NCBI GenBank assembly: GCA_050250895.1
Contig: JBFWNU010000001.1
Span: 712,008-776,007 of the forward strand
DNA length: 64,000 nt
DNA from: Vulcanimicrobiota bacterium
Lineage (GTDB): Bacteria > Vulcanimicrobiota > Xenobia > Xenobiales > JADMJV01
Direction of reading: 5' to 3'
A program made the translations under genes and the position numbers. The notes beneath the pieces were generated by a model. That model saw only the letters and a list, made by a program, of their open reading frames with translations, was not told the DNA's origin and did no database searches. Every line of letters begins with the position of its first letter. The stretch's first letter is position 1. Shown in pieces: positions 9,752 to 20,041 of this stretch.

Positions 9752-10963
9752 GTGAAACGGCGCAAAGGCGAACCGGGCGCGTGGAAATCAGCCCTCAAGT
9801 ATGTCCTGGGACGCGGCACGGAGCTTACTCTGGCGGCCATGGCGGTGGCCCTCTTCCTGGTGGCCACCAACACCCAGACGGGCTGGCTTTATCTGGTCTG
9901 CGCTGTCCTGGTCGGACTGCTAGCCCTGGGATTTATCAGCTCACGACGCCAGATTCGAGGACTCAAGCTCAGCTGTCGCCTCATCGGCAGCCAACAGGTG
10001 GGCCAGCCCGCCCGCCTCGAGGTGACCATCGAGAACCCCGGCCCGCGCCGGCGCTATCACCTGGTCGTGTCGCGGGAGGTCCAGCCCTGGGAAGTGAACC
10101 CCGCCCCCCAGCATCGGCTGCTCGAATCGCTCGAACCGGGCCAGCAAGGTTCGGTGGTTCTTTCGGCCAGGCCGGCGGTTAGAGGCCAGCACCGCTTTCG
10201 GGGTGTGACCGTCACAAGCTCGGCTCCGCTCGGTTATTTTCCCGCCAGCCTGACGGCCCCAGCTAGCCGGTCCTTCACCGTCTATCCCGAGACCATCGAA
10301 CTGCCCGGCCGCGCCACGGTAGCCGAGGGAACCCGCTTCAGCGCGCCCGAGGCCTCCGCCCGCCAGGCTGGCTCAAGCCAGGATTTGCGCCGTCTGCGCG
10401 ACTATGAGCAAGGCGAGGATCGGCGTTTTGTTCACTGGCCCTCGAGCGCTCGCACGGGACAACTGATGGTGAGAGAGTTCAGCCGACCGCTGTCCCCGGG
10501 TCTGGTGATGGTGCTGGCCAACCTCGAAGGCAGCCAGGTCGGAGACTACCCGGACACCGCGTTCGAATGGGCCATCAAATTCGCCGCCTCATTGGCGGTC
10601 CGCCAACAGCGCCAGGGGCAAGCGGTGGTCTTGCTGACCATGGACGGAGCCGCCTGGCAACGGCACGAAGGCCTGACCGGGGTGCTCGAACGCCTGGCTT
10701 TGCTTGAAGACAATGGGCCCGGTCGCTGGGAAGCGGTGCCCGTGCCCCCCCTCGGCAGCAGCGAACAAACCTTGCTGTTGACCGTCGTTCCGGCCACGCC
10801 GGCTGCGACCCGACGGCTGAGGGCGGCCCGCCTGGTGATGTTTCAAGCCGGCCTGCCGACGGCCCCCTTCCGGGCGGTCGACTATGAGCAAGCCCGAAGC
10901 CAGCTAAGCCAGTTGCGCCCTCGCCTGTGGCAGCCAGACCAACCCCTCGAGGCCCTGGCATGA
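9752..10963 (+). CDS. DUF58 domain protein
   Basis: N-terminal TM pair (ATNTQTGWLYL), Ig-like segment, LRDYEQGEDRRFVHWPSSARTGQLMVREF signature, vWA-like AFEWAIKFAAS. Confidence 0.88.
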   Translation: MKRRKGEPGAWKSALKYVLGRGTELTLAAMAVALFLVATNTQTGWLYLVCAVLVGLLALGFISSRRQIRGLKLSCRLIGSQQVGQPARLEVTIENPGPRRRYHLVVSREVQPWEVNPAPQHRLLESLEPGQQGSVVLSARPAVRGQHRFRGVTVTSSAPLGYFPASLTAPASRSFTVYPETIELPGRATVAEGTRFSAPEASARQAGSSQDLRRLRDYEQGEDRRFVHWPSSARTGQLMVREFSRPLSPGLVMVLANLEGSQVGDYPDTAFEWAIKFAASLAVRQQRQGQAVVLLTMDGAAWQRHEGLTGVLERLALLEDNGPGRWEAVPVPPLGSSEQTLLLTVVPATPAATRRLRAARLVMFQAGLPTAPFRAVDYEQARSQLSQLRPRLWQPDQPLEALA

Positions 10964-13077
10964 ACCCCCTCAAAGGGTGGATCGACTTTCTCAAGCGCCA
11001 GAAAGCGCGAGCCGAAGACTCGACTTCTTTCCGGGCGGCCGTGGCTTTGCTGGTGTTGGTGGCCCTGCTGGCGGTCTGCCATCAGCTCGAGTGGCCCGCC
11101 TACGGATGGGTGGCCATCGGCCTGACCCTACCTGGCTTCCTGTTCAGCCACTTTCGACGCCGCGAGAACAATTGGTGGGTCAAGGCCATTTTGTCGATAC
11201 TCATGCTCATGACCTTGTTCAACTTCTTCCGCAGCCTGGCTCAGACTTTGTGGGACCCGCGCATTCCCCTGGCCGAACTGCTCATCTGGCTGCAAACCTT
11301 GCACAGCTGGGACTTACCGGCCCGAAAAGACCTGAATTACTCGATGCTGGTAGCGCTGATCCTCATCTCGATGGGGGCGGTGTTGACGACCCTGATGACC
11401 TATCTGGCTTACCTGAGCCTCTTTGTCATCCTGGCCGTGACGGCCATTCACTACGACCATCTTTCGCGTTTGCGCCAGCTGACCGGGCTAGAACTGCTCC
11501 ATCTCGAACCCCGTCCCCCTCAACTCGCCGGCCAGATCGGTCGAAGCCTGGCCGCTCTGCTGCTGGTGGGAGGTCTGGCGCTGGCGATGATGCCGCGCTA
11601 TGAGAGTATGCGCCTGCGCACGCTGCCCGTCAGCTGGCAGCAGCGCCTCGAGATGACCCCGCTCAGTCAAGGCCAGGTCGTCAACCCGTCTTATCCCAAC
11701 GGCGTGCGTGACCCCCAGGGCGGGCGCGCCAGCTTCTCGGCCGACAACTATCACGGATTCAACACGTCGGTCGACCTCAACATGCGCGGTCGGCTTGACG
11801 ACTCGGTGGTCATGAAGGTGCGCACCTCTCGTTTTACTTACTATCGAGGCCTGACCTTCGATATCTACGACGGCCATTTCTGGACCCAGAAGATCCACGA
11901 CTTCGAAGAGCTCACCGCCGCCGAGCCACCCATCATGATACCCCGAAACGACTCGGGCCGGCGCGAAAAGGTGCAGATCTTCTACGTCGAAAAGCGACTT
12001 CCCAACATTATCTTCGCCGGCCTCAATCCCCACCAGCTCTACTTCCCTTCCACCAGCATCTATGCCGTTCCGGCGGTCCCCCGCCGCCGCATTCGCGACT
12101 ACACCGGCGGCCTGCGCTCCCCCTTTGCCCTCGAGCCCGGCACCGTCTACTCGGTCATCTCCTACGAACCCACGCTGGGACCCGACGCCCTACGGCGCTT
12201 ACCCCAGCGCGACCCGGTCCTCAAAGCCTATCAACAATACCTGCAGCTACCCGACGAACTTCCCGAACGCACCCGCCAACTGGCCCTCGAGTTGACCCGC
12301 CAGGCCGACTCGTCCTGGGGCAAGGCCACGGCCATCGCCGGGTATCTCCAAAACCATTACACCTATAGCCTGGACATCCCGCGCTATCCCGATCAGGCCG
12401 ACACGGCCGACTACTTCTTGTTCGAGAGCAAAGCCGGCTATTGCGAGCAGTTCGCCACCGCCATGGTGGTCCTGTGCCGCGCGGCCGGCCTGCGGGCCCG
12501 CTATGTGAACGGCTACCTGCCCGGCACCTACAACCCTTTGACCGGTTTCTACGAAGTCAAGGGCACCGATGCCCACGCCTGGGTCGAAGTCTTCATCCCC
12601 AGCCTGGGGTGGCTGACTTTCGACCCTACCCCCGGGGCCACGGTCACCCCCGAACTCGGCGACAACCAGGCCCGGGGCTGGCTGATCCTGAGTCTGCTGG
12701 CCTATCTCGGAATAGGTCGGCAGGCGGCCCTATGGGTTTGCCTGGCGGCCGGGCTGCTGGGGAGCGGCTGGCTGCTTCTGCAATGGAGGCCCCGCTCCAG
12801 GCCGGACCCGACCCCCCAGGGCCAGATCCGAGCGCTCTACCAGCGGGCCCTGGAAAGCCTGGCCAAGCACGGCCATTCCCGACTCCCCGGCCAAACGCCC
12901 CGGGCCTTCCTGGCCGAAAATCCCTGGCCCGGGCTAGAACGGCTCACCCAACTGTTCGAGCAGGCCAGTTGGGGCAGCCAGCTACCGTCTTCCCAGGAGG
13001 TCGAGGGAGCCAGGGCCGCCCTGGCCAGCCTCAAGTCCGAACTTCGCCAGGCTGGCAGGCAAGATACTGCTTCATAG
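10960..13077 (+). CDS. TgpA-like membrane transglutaminase-fold protein (DUF3488 + transglutaminase + DUF4129-like)
   Basis: Multi-TM N-terminus; catalytic triad GYCEQFA (C), AHAWVE (H), FDPTP (D). ATGA overlap with the DUF58 stop sets the start at 10960. Confidence 0.88.
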   Translation: MNPLKGWIDFLKRQKARAEDSTSFRAAVALLVLVALLAVCHQLEWPAYGWVAIGLTLPGFLFSHFRRRENNWWVKAILSILMLMTLFNFFRSLAQTLWDPRIPLAELLIWLQTLHSWDLPARKDLNYSMLVALILISMGAVLTTLMTYLAYLSLFVILAVTAIHYDHLSRLRQLTGLELLHLEPRPPQLAGQIGRSLAALLLVGGLALAMMPRYESMRLRTLPVSWQQRLEMTPLSQGQVVNPSYPNGVRDPQGGRASFSADNYHGFNTSVDLNMRGRLDDSVVMKVRTSRFTYYRGLTFDIYDGHFWTQKIHDFEELTAAEPPIMIPRNDSGRREKVQIFYVEKRLPNIIFAGLNPHQLYFPSTSIYAVPAVPRRRIRDYTGGLRSPFALEPGTVYSVISYEPTLGPDALRRLPQRDPVLKAYQQYLQLPDELPERTRQLALELTRQADSSWGKATAIAGYLQNHYTYSLDIPRYPDQADTADYFLFESKAGYCEQFATAMVVLCRAAGLRARYVNGYLPGTYNPLTGFYEVKGTDAHAWVEVFIPSLGWLTFDPTPGATVTPELGDNQARGWLILSLLAYLGIGRQAALWVCLAAGLLGSGWLLLQWRPRSRPDPTPQGQIRALYQRALESLAKHGHSRLPGQTPRAFLAENPWPGLERLTQLFEQASWGSQLPSSQEVEGARAALASLKSELRQAGRQDTAS

Positions 13078-13096
13078 GGAAACCTCGCCAGTCGAG

Positions 13097-14680
13097 ATGA
13101 AAAGCTCACTTGGCTATATCGCTCTCCTGCTATGGCTTCTGGTCGCATGCCTACCGGCCCTGGCCCAGGATAACGAGCCAGAACCACTCGCCGAGCCGCC
13201 CGACCTTCAGCAGCCCGCTCCGCTACTGACCGTCAAACAGATCGTGGTGGTGGGCAACACGCTGTTGCCCGAAGCCGCAATCCGTCAGGCCGTAGCCCCA
13301 TACGAGGGCCGCGAACTCGACTTCGAAGAACTCTCGGAAGTGGTCGACGTGCTGGAAGAGCTCTACCATGAAAAGGGCTACTTTCTCATGCGGGCCATCT
13401 TGCCAGCCCAAAAACCGCTCGAGGGAAAAGTCGAGGTGCAGGTTTTCGAGGGCCGCATCATGGGGGTGGTGACCGAGAACAACCAGCGTTACCCCGACCA
13501 GTTCCTGATCGACCATTTTCAGGCCCATCTGCCCACTTCGGGCTATCAGCAAGAAGACTTCCAAAAGTCGCTGATGCTGCTCAACGAGCTACCCGACCTG
13601 GGCGTCAAGGCTGTTTTTCGCCCCGGCAGCTCGCCGGGCTCGACCGAGGTGGTGCTCCAGGCCGCCGAGGACAAGCAATTTCACCTCGGACTCGACTACA
13701 ACAACTTTGGTACTCGCCTGACGGGCGAGCATCGAGCCGGCCTGACCGGCGACCTCAGCAACGCCATCACCCCCGGAGACCGCTTCCTGGTCCGATCCGT
13801 GTTCGGCTTTCCGTCCGAAAACACGGCCTTCATCCAGTCGGCCTACTCGTTTCCGGTGGGCGACCTCGGCACGCGCCTGGGATTCGGCTACGCCAACGGT
13901 AGCTACACGGCCGGACGGGAAGTGGCCATCCTGGATATCCGCGGCGCGGCCAATGTCTACTCTCTATCCGTAGAACACCCGCTGGCCCGCTCGCTGACCC
14001 ACAGTTCCGACGTCTTCCTCAATCTCTCTTATAACGATATCGATAACACCATCCTCGGCCTGCCCCTATCCAACGATTTCTACACCGCCGCCAACCTGGG
14101 CTACCGCGCGTCGTGGCGGGACACCAGCGGGCGCTCGCTACTGCGAACCAGTTTGACCCAGGGACTCGGCGGGATCGCTGCCGGAGACCCCCGCACCAGC
14201 CGGGCCGGAGCCGGGGCAGACTTCTTCAAAGCCAACTTAGACCTGGCCCGAATCCACGAAATCAACCCCAGTATGTTCGGCATCCTGCGGGGTACCCTCC
14301 AGTATTCGGGCACGCCTCTGTTCTCGGCTGAGCAGTTCGCCCTGGGCGGCCCCGACACGGTGCGCGGCTTTGGCCAGGCTGAAGCCCTGGGCGATCAGGC
14401 CTATAACCTGACCGCCGAACTGCGCTGGTCGCCTTTGGAAGAACAAAAGGATCTTTTTCAAACGGTCTTTTTTGTCGATCATGGCGGAATCGTCCGCAAA
14501 AACCCCCAACCCGGAGAAAAAGGCAGCCTCCACCTTACCGGAGCCGGCATCGGCTTCCGCCTCAATCCTGACGACGGCCGCACCCGAGTCAGACTGGACC
14601 TGGGTTTCCCCATCGCTCCTGGCCGCAACGCCCGTGGTAATTCGCCGGTGATCTACGGCCAGGTGCAAACCCGTTTCTAA
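13097..14680 (+). CDS. ShlB/FhaC/HecB family (TpsB/Omp85) outer-membrane transporter
   Basis: Signal peptide, POTRA-like segments (V.GNTLL...Y.EKGY, LLNELPDL), DYNNFGTR barrel start, GGPDTVRGF loop motif, terminal Phe. Confidence 0.88.
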   Translation: MKSSLGYIALLLWLLVACLPALAQDNEPEPLAEPPDLQQPAPLLTVKQIVVVGNTLLPEAAIRQAVAPYEGRELDFEELSEVVDVLEELYHEKGYFLMRAILPAQKPLEGKVEVQVFEGRIMGVVTENNQRYPDQFLIDHFQAHLPTSGYQQEDFQKSLMLLNELPDLGVKAVFRPGSSPGSTEVVLQAAEDKQFHLGLDYNNFGTRLTGEHRAGLTGDLSNAITPGDRFLVRSVFGFPSENTAFIQSAYSFPVGDLGTRLGFGYANGSYTAGREVAILDIRGAANVYSLSVEHPLARSLTHSSDVFLNLSYNDIDNTILGLPLSNDFYTAANLGYRASWRDTSGRSLLRTSLTQGLGGIAAGDPRTSRAGAGADFFKANLDLARIHEINPSMFGILRGTLQYSGTPLFSAEQFALGGPDTVRGFGQAEALGDQAYNLTAELRWSPLEEQKDLFQTVFFVDHGGIVRKNPQPGEKGSLHLTGAGIGFRLNPDDGRTRVRLDLGFPIAPGRNARGNSPVIYGQVQTRF

Positions 14681-14752
14681 AAAAAGGGTCAAACGGGTAG
14701 GAGGGTCGAAGAATCAGGGACTAAAACACAAAAAAGGTCGGAGTGGTTACAC

Positions 14753-15358
14753 ATGGGAAATCGAACAAAGTGGGCCTGGGCGCTTGCCCTGGCTGTCACG
14801 CTCACCGTGGCAGCGTTCACCCCTAAGCTCAGCGAGGCTTCGACTGCTCGCGAGTATGCGTTAAAAGCGGGGTATCTGTTCAAATTCCTTCATCTAGTCG
14901 AGTGGCCCAACGAGGGCCAGCGGCCCAACTTTGTGATTGCGGTGGTCGGTCCCGGACCGTTCGGCCCGTCGCTCGATGATCTCTCGGGCAAGGTCGTGCG
15001 CGGCAAGACCATCCGGCTGAGCACCTTCGACAAGGTCCCGAACCCGGCTCCCACCGAGCAGGTCATCCTGTTCGTGGACCGGGCCAATCAGGAAAAGTTC
15101 GCCCCCATCCGGCAGCGTCTGGAGAAGATGAACGTCCTGACCGTCGGCGAAGGAGCTAAATTCGCCGAAGAGGGTGGCTGCATCAACCTGGTGACCGTCA
15201 AGAACCGCGTTCGCTTCCGCATGAATGTCGACGCTGTCCGTCGGGCCAACTTGAAGGTCAGCCCCAAACTCGTCGAGGTTGCTTCGGTGCTGGTGACCGA
15301 CAAGGGCGAGCAGGCTAGCATGGAAGAGTACCAGGACATCCTGGCCTTCAACTTGTAG
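14753..15358 (+). CDS. YfiR family (DUF4154) periplasmic protein
   Basis: Signal peptide; EYALKAGYLFKFLHLVEWP and VLTVGE...GGCINL...VRFRMN...LKVSPKL motifs. Confidence 0.88.
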   Translation: MGNRTKWAWALALAVTLTVAAFTPKLSEASTAREYALKAGYLFKFLHLVEWPNEGQRPNFVIAVVGPGPFGPSLDDLSGKVVRGKTIRLSTFDKVPNPAPTEQVILFVDRANQEKFAPIRQRLEKMNVLTVGEGAKFAEEGGCINLVTVKNRVRFRMNVDAVRRANLKVSPKLVEVASVLVTDKGEQASMEEYQDILAFNL

Positions 15359-15367
15359 CTCTCCGCT

Positions 15368-18157
15368 TTGCGGTCGTTCTTTCGCGATCTTCCGATCAGC
15401 CGGAAGCTAAACCTTCTGGCTGTGCTCACCAGTCTCTTGGCACTGGCGATGGCTGCTGTCGGAGTCATCGCGGCCGACTTCTACTTCGTAATCCGTGGCC
15501 TGCAGGAGGACCTCCGAATGCAGGCCCGTTTTATTTCTGTCCAGTACGACCTGTCGCTGGAAGAGGACGCCCCCCTGGCCGGCGACGAGTTCACTCGTAT
15601 CTGTAGCATCGACCCGAGCATTATGGAGGCCACCCTCTTCGATGCCGACTGGGTGTCCAACAGCGGCGACGAAGCCACCAACCACCCGGTTGGGGTGTTC
15701 CGCCGCGCGGGGGTAAAAAGCCAGGGCCCGCCTAAGTATCCCGACCTGCCTTTTGGGGTCGGTCGCGACGGCAACTCGCTCTATGCTTTCATGCCGATCA
15801 ATCTCGACATTTCGGGCGAACAGGTCGGTTCGGTCTTCATCCGCTCCGACCTGAGTAAACTCTACGAGGCGGTGCGCTACCATTTGAGGCTGCTGGGCCT
15901 GGTCTTCTTGGCCTCGGGTGGCCTGGCCTGGATCTTCAGCGACCGCTTGCAGCCGTTTATCTCCCGCCCTATCGCCAAGCTGGCCGAAAAAGCCCGCCTG
16001 ATTTCGCTCTCGGCCGACTATTCGTTGCGCCAGCAAAAAGAAGGCGACGACGAGATCGGCAACCTGACCGAGTCGTTCAACGAGATGCTCGAAGCTATCG
16101 AAGAGCGCGAGCGAGACCTCAAACGCACGCTCGAAGAACTACAACGGCGCGACGTCGAACTGGTGGCGGCCAAGGAGACGGCCGAACAGGCCACGCGCGC
16201 CAAATCCGAATTCCTGGCTCATATGAGCCACGAAATTCGCACTCCGATGAACGGCATCATGGGCATGACCAACATCGCCCTCAAGACTGAACTTACCGAC
16301 TCGCAGAAAGAGTACCTCACCGCCGTCAAGAATTCGGCTGACGCGCTCTTGCGCATCATCAACGAGATTCTCGACTTCTCCAAGATCGAAGCCGGCCACC
16401 TCGAACTCGATCCCATCCCGTTCGACTTTCACGAGTGCATGGCCGACGCCCTCAAGGCCGTGGCCCTGCAGGCCCACATCAAGGGGCTCGAGCTTTCTTG
16501 CCACGTGGACGGCGACATTCCCGTCGAGATGGTGGGCGACCCGGCCCGCCTGCGCCAGATCATCATCAACATCGTAGGCAACGGCCTCAAGTTCACTCAC
16601 GAAGGCGGCCTGAGCCTCCGGGCCTTCATCCTCGAGGATATGAAGACAGCTTTCAAGCTGCATCTCGAAGTTACCGACACCGGCATCGGTATTCCCAAAG
16701 ATCGCCAGGACAAAATCTTCGAGTCGTTCACCCAGGCCGACAGCAGCACCTCGCGCAACTATGGGGGCACGGGTCTCGGCTTGACCATCACGGCCCGTCT
16801 GGTCGAGATGATGGGTGGCCGAATCTGGGTCGAATCCGAGGTTGGCGTCGGGAGCACTTTCCATTTCGATATCGTACTGGAGAAGACCGAGCAGCCGGAA
16901 AGTCCGGTGGACGACGCCCTCAAAGAGCTGGTGGCCGGAAAGAAGGCCCTGGCAGTTTCAGAGCATCCCATCCACCAGGCTGCCCTCGAAGACCTGCTCA
17001 AGGAGTTCCAGATCGAGCCGGTAGTGTGCAAGACCGGCAACGAAGCTCTCGAACGGCTCAAGACCGAGAAATTCGACATGTTGCTGGCCGATGCCGACAT
17101 GGTCAGTCTGGATGGCTTCAACCTGCTGCGCAAGGCCCGCAATAGCGGTGGCCCCCCGCTTTCCGTCCTGTTGCTGCGCTCGAGCGATCTGGCCGGAGAC
17201 ATCGCCCGCTATCGTAAAATGGGTGGCCAGGGTCATCTGGTCAAACCCCTCAAGCGCAGCGATGTGCGAGACATGCTCTTACGCCAATTTGCTCCCGAAC
17301 GAGCCGACGAACTGCTGGGTCTGGAAGAGGCCAGTGGCGTGGTGGCCCTGCCGCCACTGAAGGTGTTGGTAGCCGACGACAACGCGATCAACCGGCAACT
17401 GGCTCGCCTCTTGCTCGAAGAGCGCGGCTGCGAAGTCTTCGAAGCCGAGGACGGCAACGAAGTGCTGGTTCGCCTCGACGAAATCAGCGACATCGACATC
17501 TTGTTACTCGATATCATGATGCCCGACATGGACGGCTTTGAGTGCACCGCCCATATTCGCGCCCGAGAACAAGAGCGCGAGGCGGCCCGACTGCCGATCA
17601 TCGCCCTCACTGCCCACGCCCTCAAGGGCTATGAAGAGAAATGTCTGGCCGCGGACATGGACGGCTATCTCTCCAAGCCCATCGACGAGAACAAATTAGC
17701 TCAGACCCTATCCAAGTTTGCCGGCGACAAGGAAATCGTCGAGAAGGAAGTAGCCGAAGAGTCCCAGTCCGAACCTGCCGCCGCCGAACCCGAAGCCGCC
17801 GATACCAACGGCAGCGCGGTTGGACCCGTCATCGACGTGGATGCCGTGCTACGTCGCGTGAGCGGCAACAAGGATATTCTCAAGATGCTGGCCGGTCAGT
17901 TTCTCGACCTTAGCCGACAACAACTCGATCAAATCAAGTCCGCCGTCGACAAAGACGACGCCAAGGCACTCGAAATCGCCGCTCACACCTTCAAAGGCTC
18001 GCTCTTGAACTTCGAGGCTCGCATCGCCGCCGAAAGCGCCAAGAAACTGGAGTATATGGGCCGAGAGGGCTCGACCGAGGGAGCCAGCGAGATCTTCGAC
18101 GAACTCAGCAAGAGTTATGTCGACCTGCGAGTAGAACTCGAAAAGCTCGCCACTTAG
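15368..18157 (+). CDS. Hybrid sensor histidine kinase (TM sensor-HAMP-HisKA-HATPase-REC-REC-HPt)
   Basis: [16 protein letters not shown]-box, DTGIGI and GGTGLGL boxes, receiver DIMMPDMDG, HPt AHTFKGS. The N-terminus resembles YfiN-type sensors. Confidence 0.93.
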   Translation: MRSFFRDLPISRKLNLLAVLTSLLALAMAAVGVIAADFYFVIRGLQEDLRMQARFISVQYDLSLEEDAPLAGDEFTRICSIDPSIMEATLFDADWVSNSGDEATNHPVGVFRRAGVKSQGPPKYPDLPFGVGRDGNSLYAFMPINLDISGEQVGSVFIRSDLSKLYEAVRYHLRLLGLVFLASGGLAWIFSDRLQPFISRPIAKLAEKARLISLSADYSLRQQKEGDDEIGNLTESFNEMLEAIEERERDLKRTLEELQRRDVELVAAKETAEQATRAKSEFLAHMSHEIRTPMNGIMGMTNIALKTELTDSQKEYLTAVKNSADALLRIINEILDFSKIEAGHLELDPIPFDFHECMADALKAVALQAHIKGLELSCHVDGDIPVEMVGDPARLRQIIINIVGNGLKFTHEGGLSLRAFILEDMKTAFKLHLEVTDTGIGIPKDRQDKIFESFTQADSSTSRNYGGTGLGLTITARLVEMMGGRIWVESEVGVGSTFHFDIVLEKTEQPESPVDDALKELVAGKKALAVSEHPIHQAALEDLLKEFQIEPVVCKTGNEALERLKTEKFDMLLADADMVSLDGFNLLRKARNSGGPPLSVLLLRSSDLAGDIARYRKMGGQGHLVKPLKRSDVRDMLLRQFAPERADELLGLEEASGVVALPPLKVLVADDNAINRQLARLLLEERGCEVFEAEDGNEVLVRLDEISDIDILLLDIMMPDMDGFECTAHIRAREQEREAARLPIIALTAHALKGYEEKCLAADMDGYLSKPIDENKLAQTLSKFAGDKEIVEKEVAEESQSEPAAAEPEAADTNGSAVGPVIDVDAVLRRVSGNKDILKMLAGQFLDLSRQQLDQIKSAVDKDDAKALEIAAHTFKGSLLNFEARIAAESAKKLEYMGREGSTEGASEIFDELSKSYVDLRVELEKLAT

Positions 18158-18492
18158 AACCAGCGCCAGCCGTGGTCGAGCCAATCGAAAAGAAAGCCTG
18201 CCCAGCCTTTGGGATAGAGCGCGAACTTGACCAGGAAGTAAAGTAGGGGTAGAGCCGAGCCTACCAGGCCGCAGACGTAGAGCTGAAACTCGATGGACTC
18301 GCGATCTTGTAGTCGCACCAGCATCACCACCGACAGGATGACGGCAAAGACCCAACCTAGCAGGGCAACTCCCACCAGGGTGAGCGGGAAGAGCAACTTC
18401 CACGAGTCGAACCCACCCAGATGCACCAGCAGCAGGCTACCCACCGTAAAGAGCCAGGCCAGAGCCATCGTGCCAGCCGCAAGATATTGCAT
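18154..18492 (-). CDS. Small hypothetical membrane protein
   Basis: About 3 hydrophobic helices; ATG at 18492 with AAGG RBS (the ORF track extends to 18531). Confidence 0.6.
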   Translation of the reverse strand: MQYLAAGTMALAWLFTVGSLLLVHLGGFDSWKLLFPLTLVGVALLGWVFAVILSVVMLVRLQDRESIEFQLYVCGLVGSALPLLYFLVKFALYPKGWAGFLFDWLDHGWRWF

Positions 18493-18589
18493 GACTACCT
18501 TTAGCTTAGCCCTTCGACCGGGCCAGGTCAACGAGACAGCAACATCCCGTTAGTAACCCACCGGTCGCGGAGGGATAGAGTGCCAGAGT

Positions 18590-20041
18590 ATGAGGATCCA
18601 GTCGTTGGTCAGGCCCTCGGGGCTCAAGATGATGGCTCTTGGCGACAGCATGTCGGCCGGCATGCAAGACTGCACTCTGAGTCGCCAGACCCAGCAGTGC
18701 TCGATGCCCCGAATGGTGGCGGATCAACTGAGCCTCGATTTTCGCCAGCCCGAGTTCGATGAGCGGGGCGCTCCACCGGTAGTCTTCGAAGGGGGCCGGG
18801 TGGATCTTGGCCAGGTGGCCCTTCGCTACAGCCAGGTCGGACTGGCGGCGGCCGTTCCTCTGGGCCTTCTGAACGCCGGCTTTCTGCCCCACGAAAACCT
18901 GCTCAAGCCGTTGGACTGGGCCACCGTCATCGGCCATGTCGACCAACCACCGCCCTATGACAACGTGGCCATCTCGGGCTTTGAGTTGCGTCACCTCACC
19001 GACACCCGCAACGTCTACGACCTCATGGGCGAGATGCTCGACGGCTCGGAGTCGCCCGAAGGACTGAGCTTCTACGAACCCTATGTCAAAGGCGTGTTGC
19101 AGCACGGCCAGCCAGCTGCCGCGGGGCGCTCGCAGGTCGATCAGGCCGTCGCCAATCAGCCCGACTTGATCACCTTTTTCGCGGGGGTCAACGACTTCTG
19201 GGAGGCGACCAGCTCCGGCTGCCTCAACGACGCCACTTTGACCCCGATGGAGGACAGGCCGTGGGAGCTTGGCGGCGGCAAGACGACCGGTCAGCCAAAG
19301 AAGGGCCTCCGTAGCGCCCTGGTCGGTTCCGAGGGGGCCATCACCAGACTGCTGGCTGAAACCCAAGCCCACATCCTCGAGCTGACCGTGCCGGACGTGA
19401 CCGCCTTTCCCCAGTTGCGCGAGGTGGGTAAGCCCATCGGCAAGCTCCCCTTTCGGGTCATCCTCAAAGGCCGTGACCTGACCGAGCAAGTCGAGCAATG
19501 GGTCATTCCCGACCAGATCCGCGGCCAGGGAACCGACGGACGCACGCAGTTTCCTCCCGGTAGCAAAGTCAGCCTGGCCACCATCGCCGCCGGCCTGGCT
19601 CATTGGAAAGACCCCAACGGCGTCTTCACCGAGGATCAGGTGCTCGATCCTGAAGAGGCGGCCACCATCCGGCACCACATCGACGATTACAACCAGCTGC
19701 TACGTCACACGGCCGAAACGAACGAGCGGATCCACCTGGTGGATCTTTCGAGCTGGTTCGAGGGGGTCAAGGCTGGCCTCGAACTAAAGGGTGAAGGCGC
19801 TCCCCAGACGGTCGGACCGGGGTTCACTGGAGTGGTGGACGAGCACGGTCGCCAGGGAATCTTCAGCTATGACGGCCTGCACTTCAGCCAGGCCGGCAAC
19901 GCGCTGGTGGCTAATCAGGTTTTACAGGCGGCTCGCCGGCTGGCGGCCAGACCGGGCTTTGAACAGCTGGGGCAGGCACAGCCGGTGGACGAAAAGCGGG
20001 CGCTGGCAGAAGACCCCCGCCTGCGGCCTGCCGACTCGTAG
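18590..20041 (+). CDS. SGNH/GDSL-type lipase/esterase
   Basis: Block I ALGDSMSAG, NVAISG, block III FAGVND, block V YDGLHFS. Confidence 0.82.
   Translation: MRIQSLVRPSGLKMMALGDSMSAGMQDCTLSRQTQQCSMPRMVADQLSLDFRQPEFDERGAPPVVFEGGRVDLGQVALRYSQVGLAAAVPLGLLNAGFLPHENLLKPLDWATVIGHVDQPPPYDNVAISGFELRHLTDTRNVYDLMGEMLDGSESPEGLSFYEPYVKGVLQHGQPAAAGRSQVDQAVANQPDLITFFAGVNDFWEATSSGCLNDATLTPMEDRPWELGGGKTTGQPKKGLRSALVGSEGAITRLLAETQAHILELTVPDVTAFPQLREVGKPIGKLPFRVILKGRDLTEQVEQWVIPDQIRGQGTDGRTQFPPGSKVSLATIAAGLAHWKDPNGVFTEDQVLDPEEAATIRHHIDDYNQLLRHTAETNERIHLVDLSSWFEGVKAGLELKGEGAPQTVGPGFTGVVDEHGRQGIFSYDGLHFSQAGNALVANQVLQAARRLAARPGFEQLGQAQPVDEKRALAEDPRLRPADS

Noticed and set aside
14679-14742. Direct repeats AAAAAAGG(G)TC upstream of yfiR
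   Set aside because: Short and low-complexity with only two clear copies; not distinguishable from chance.
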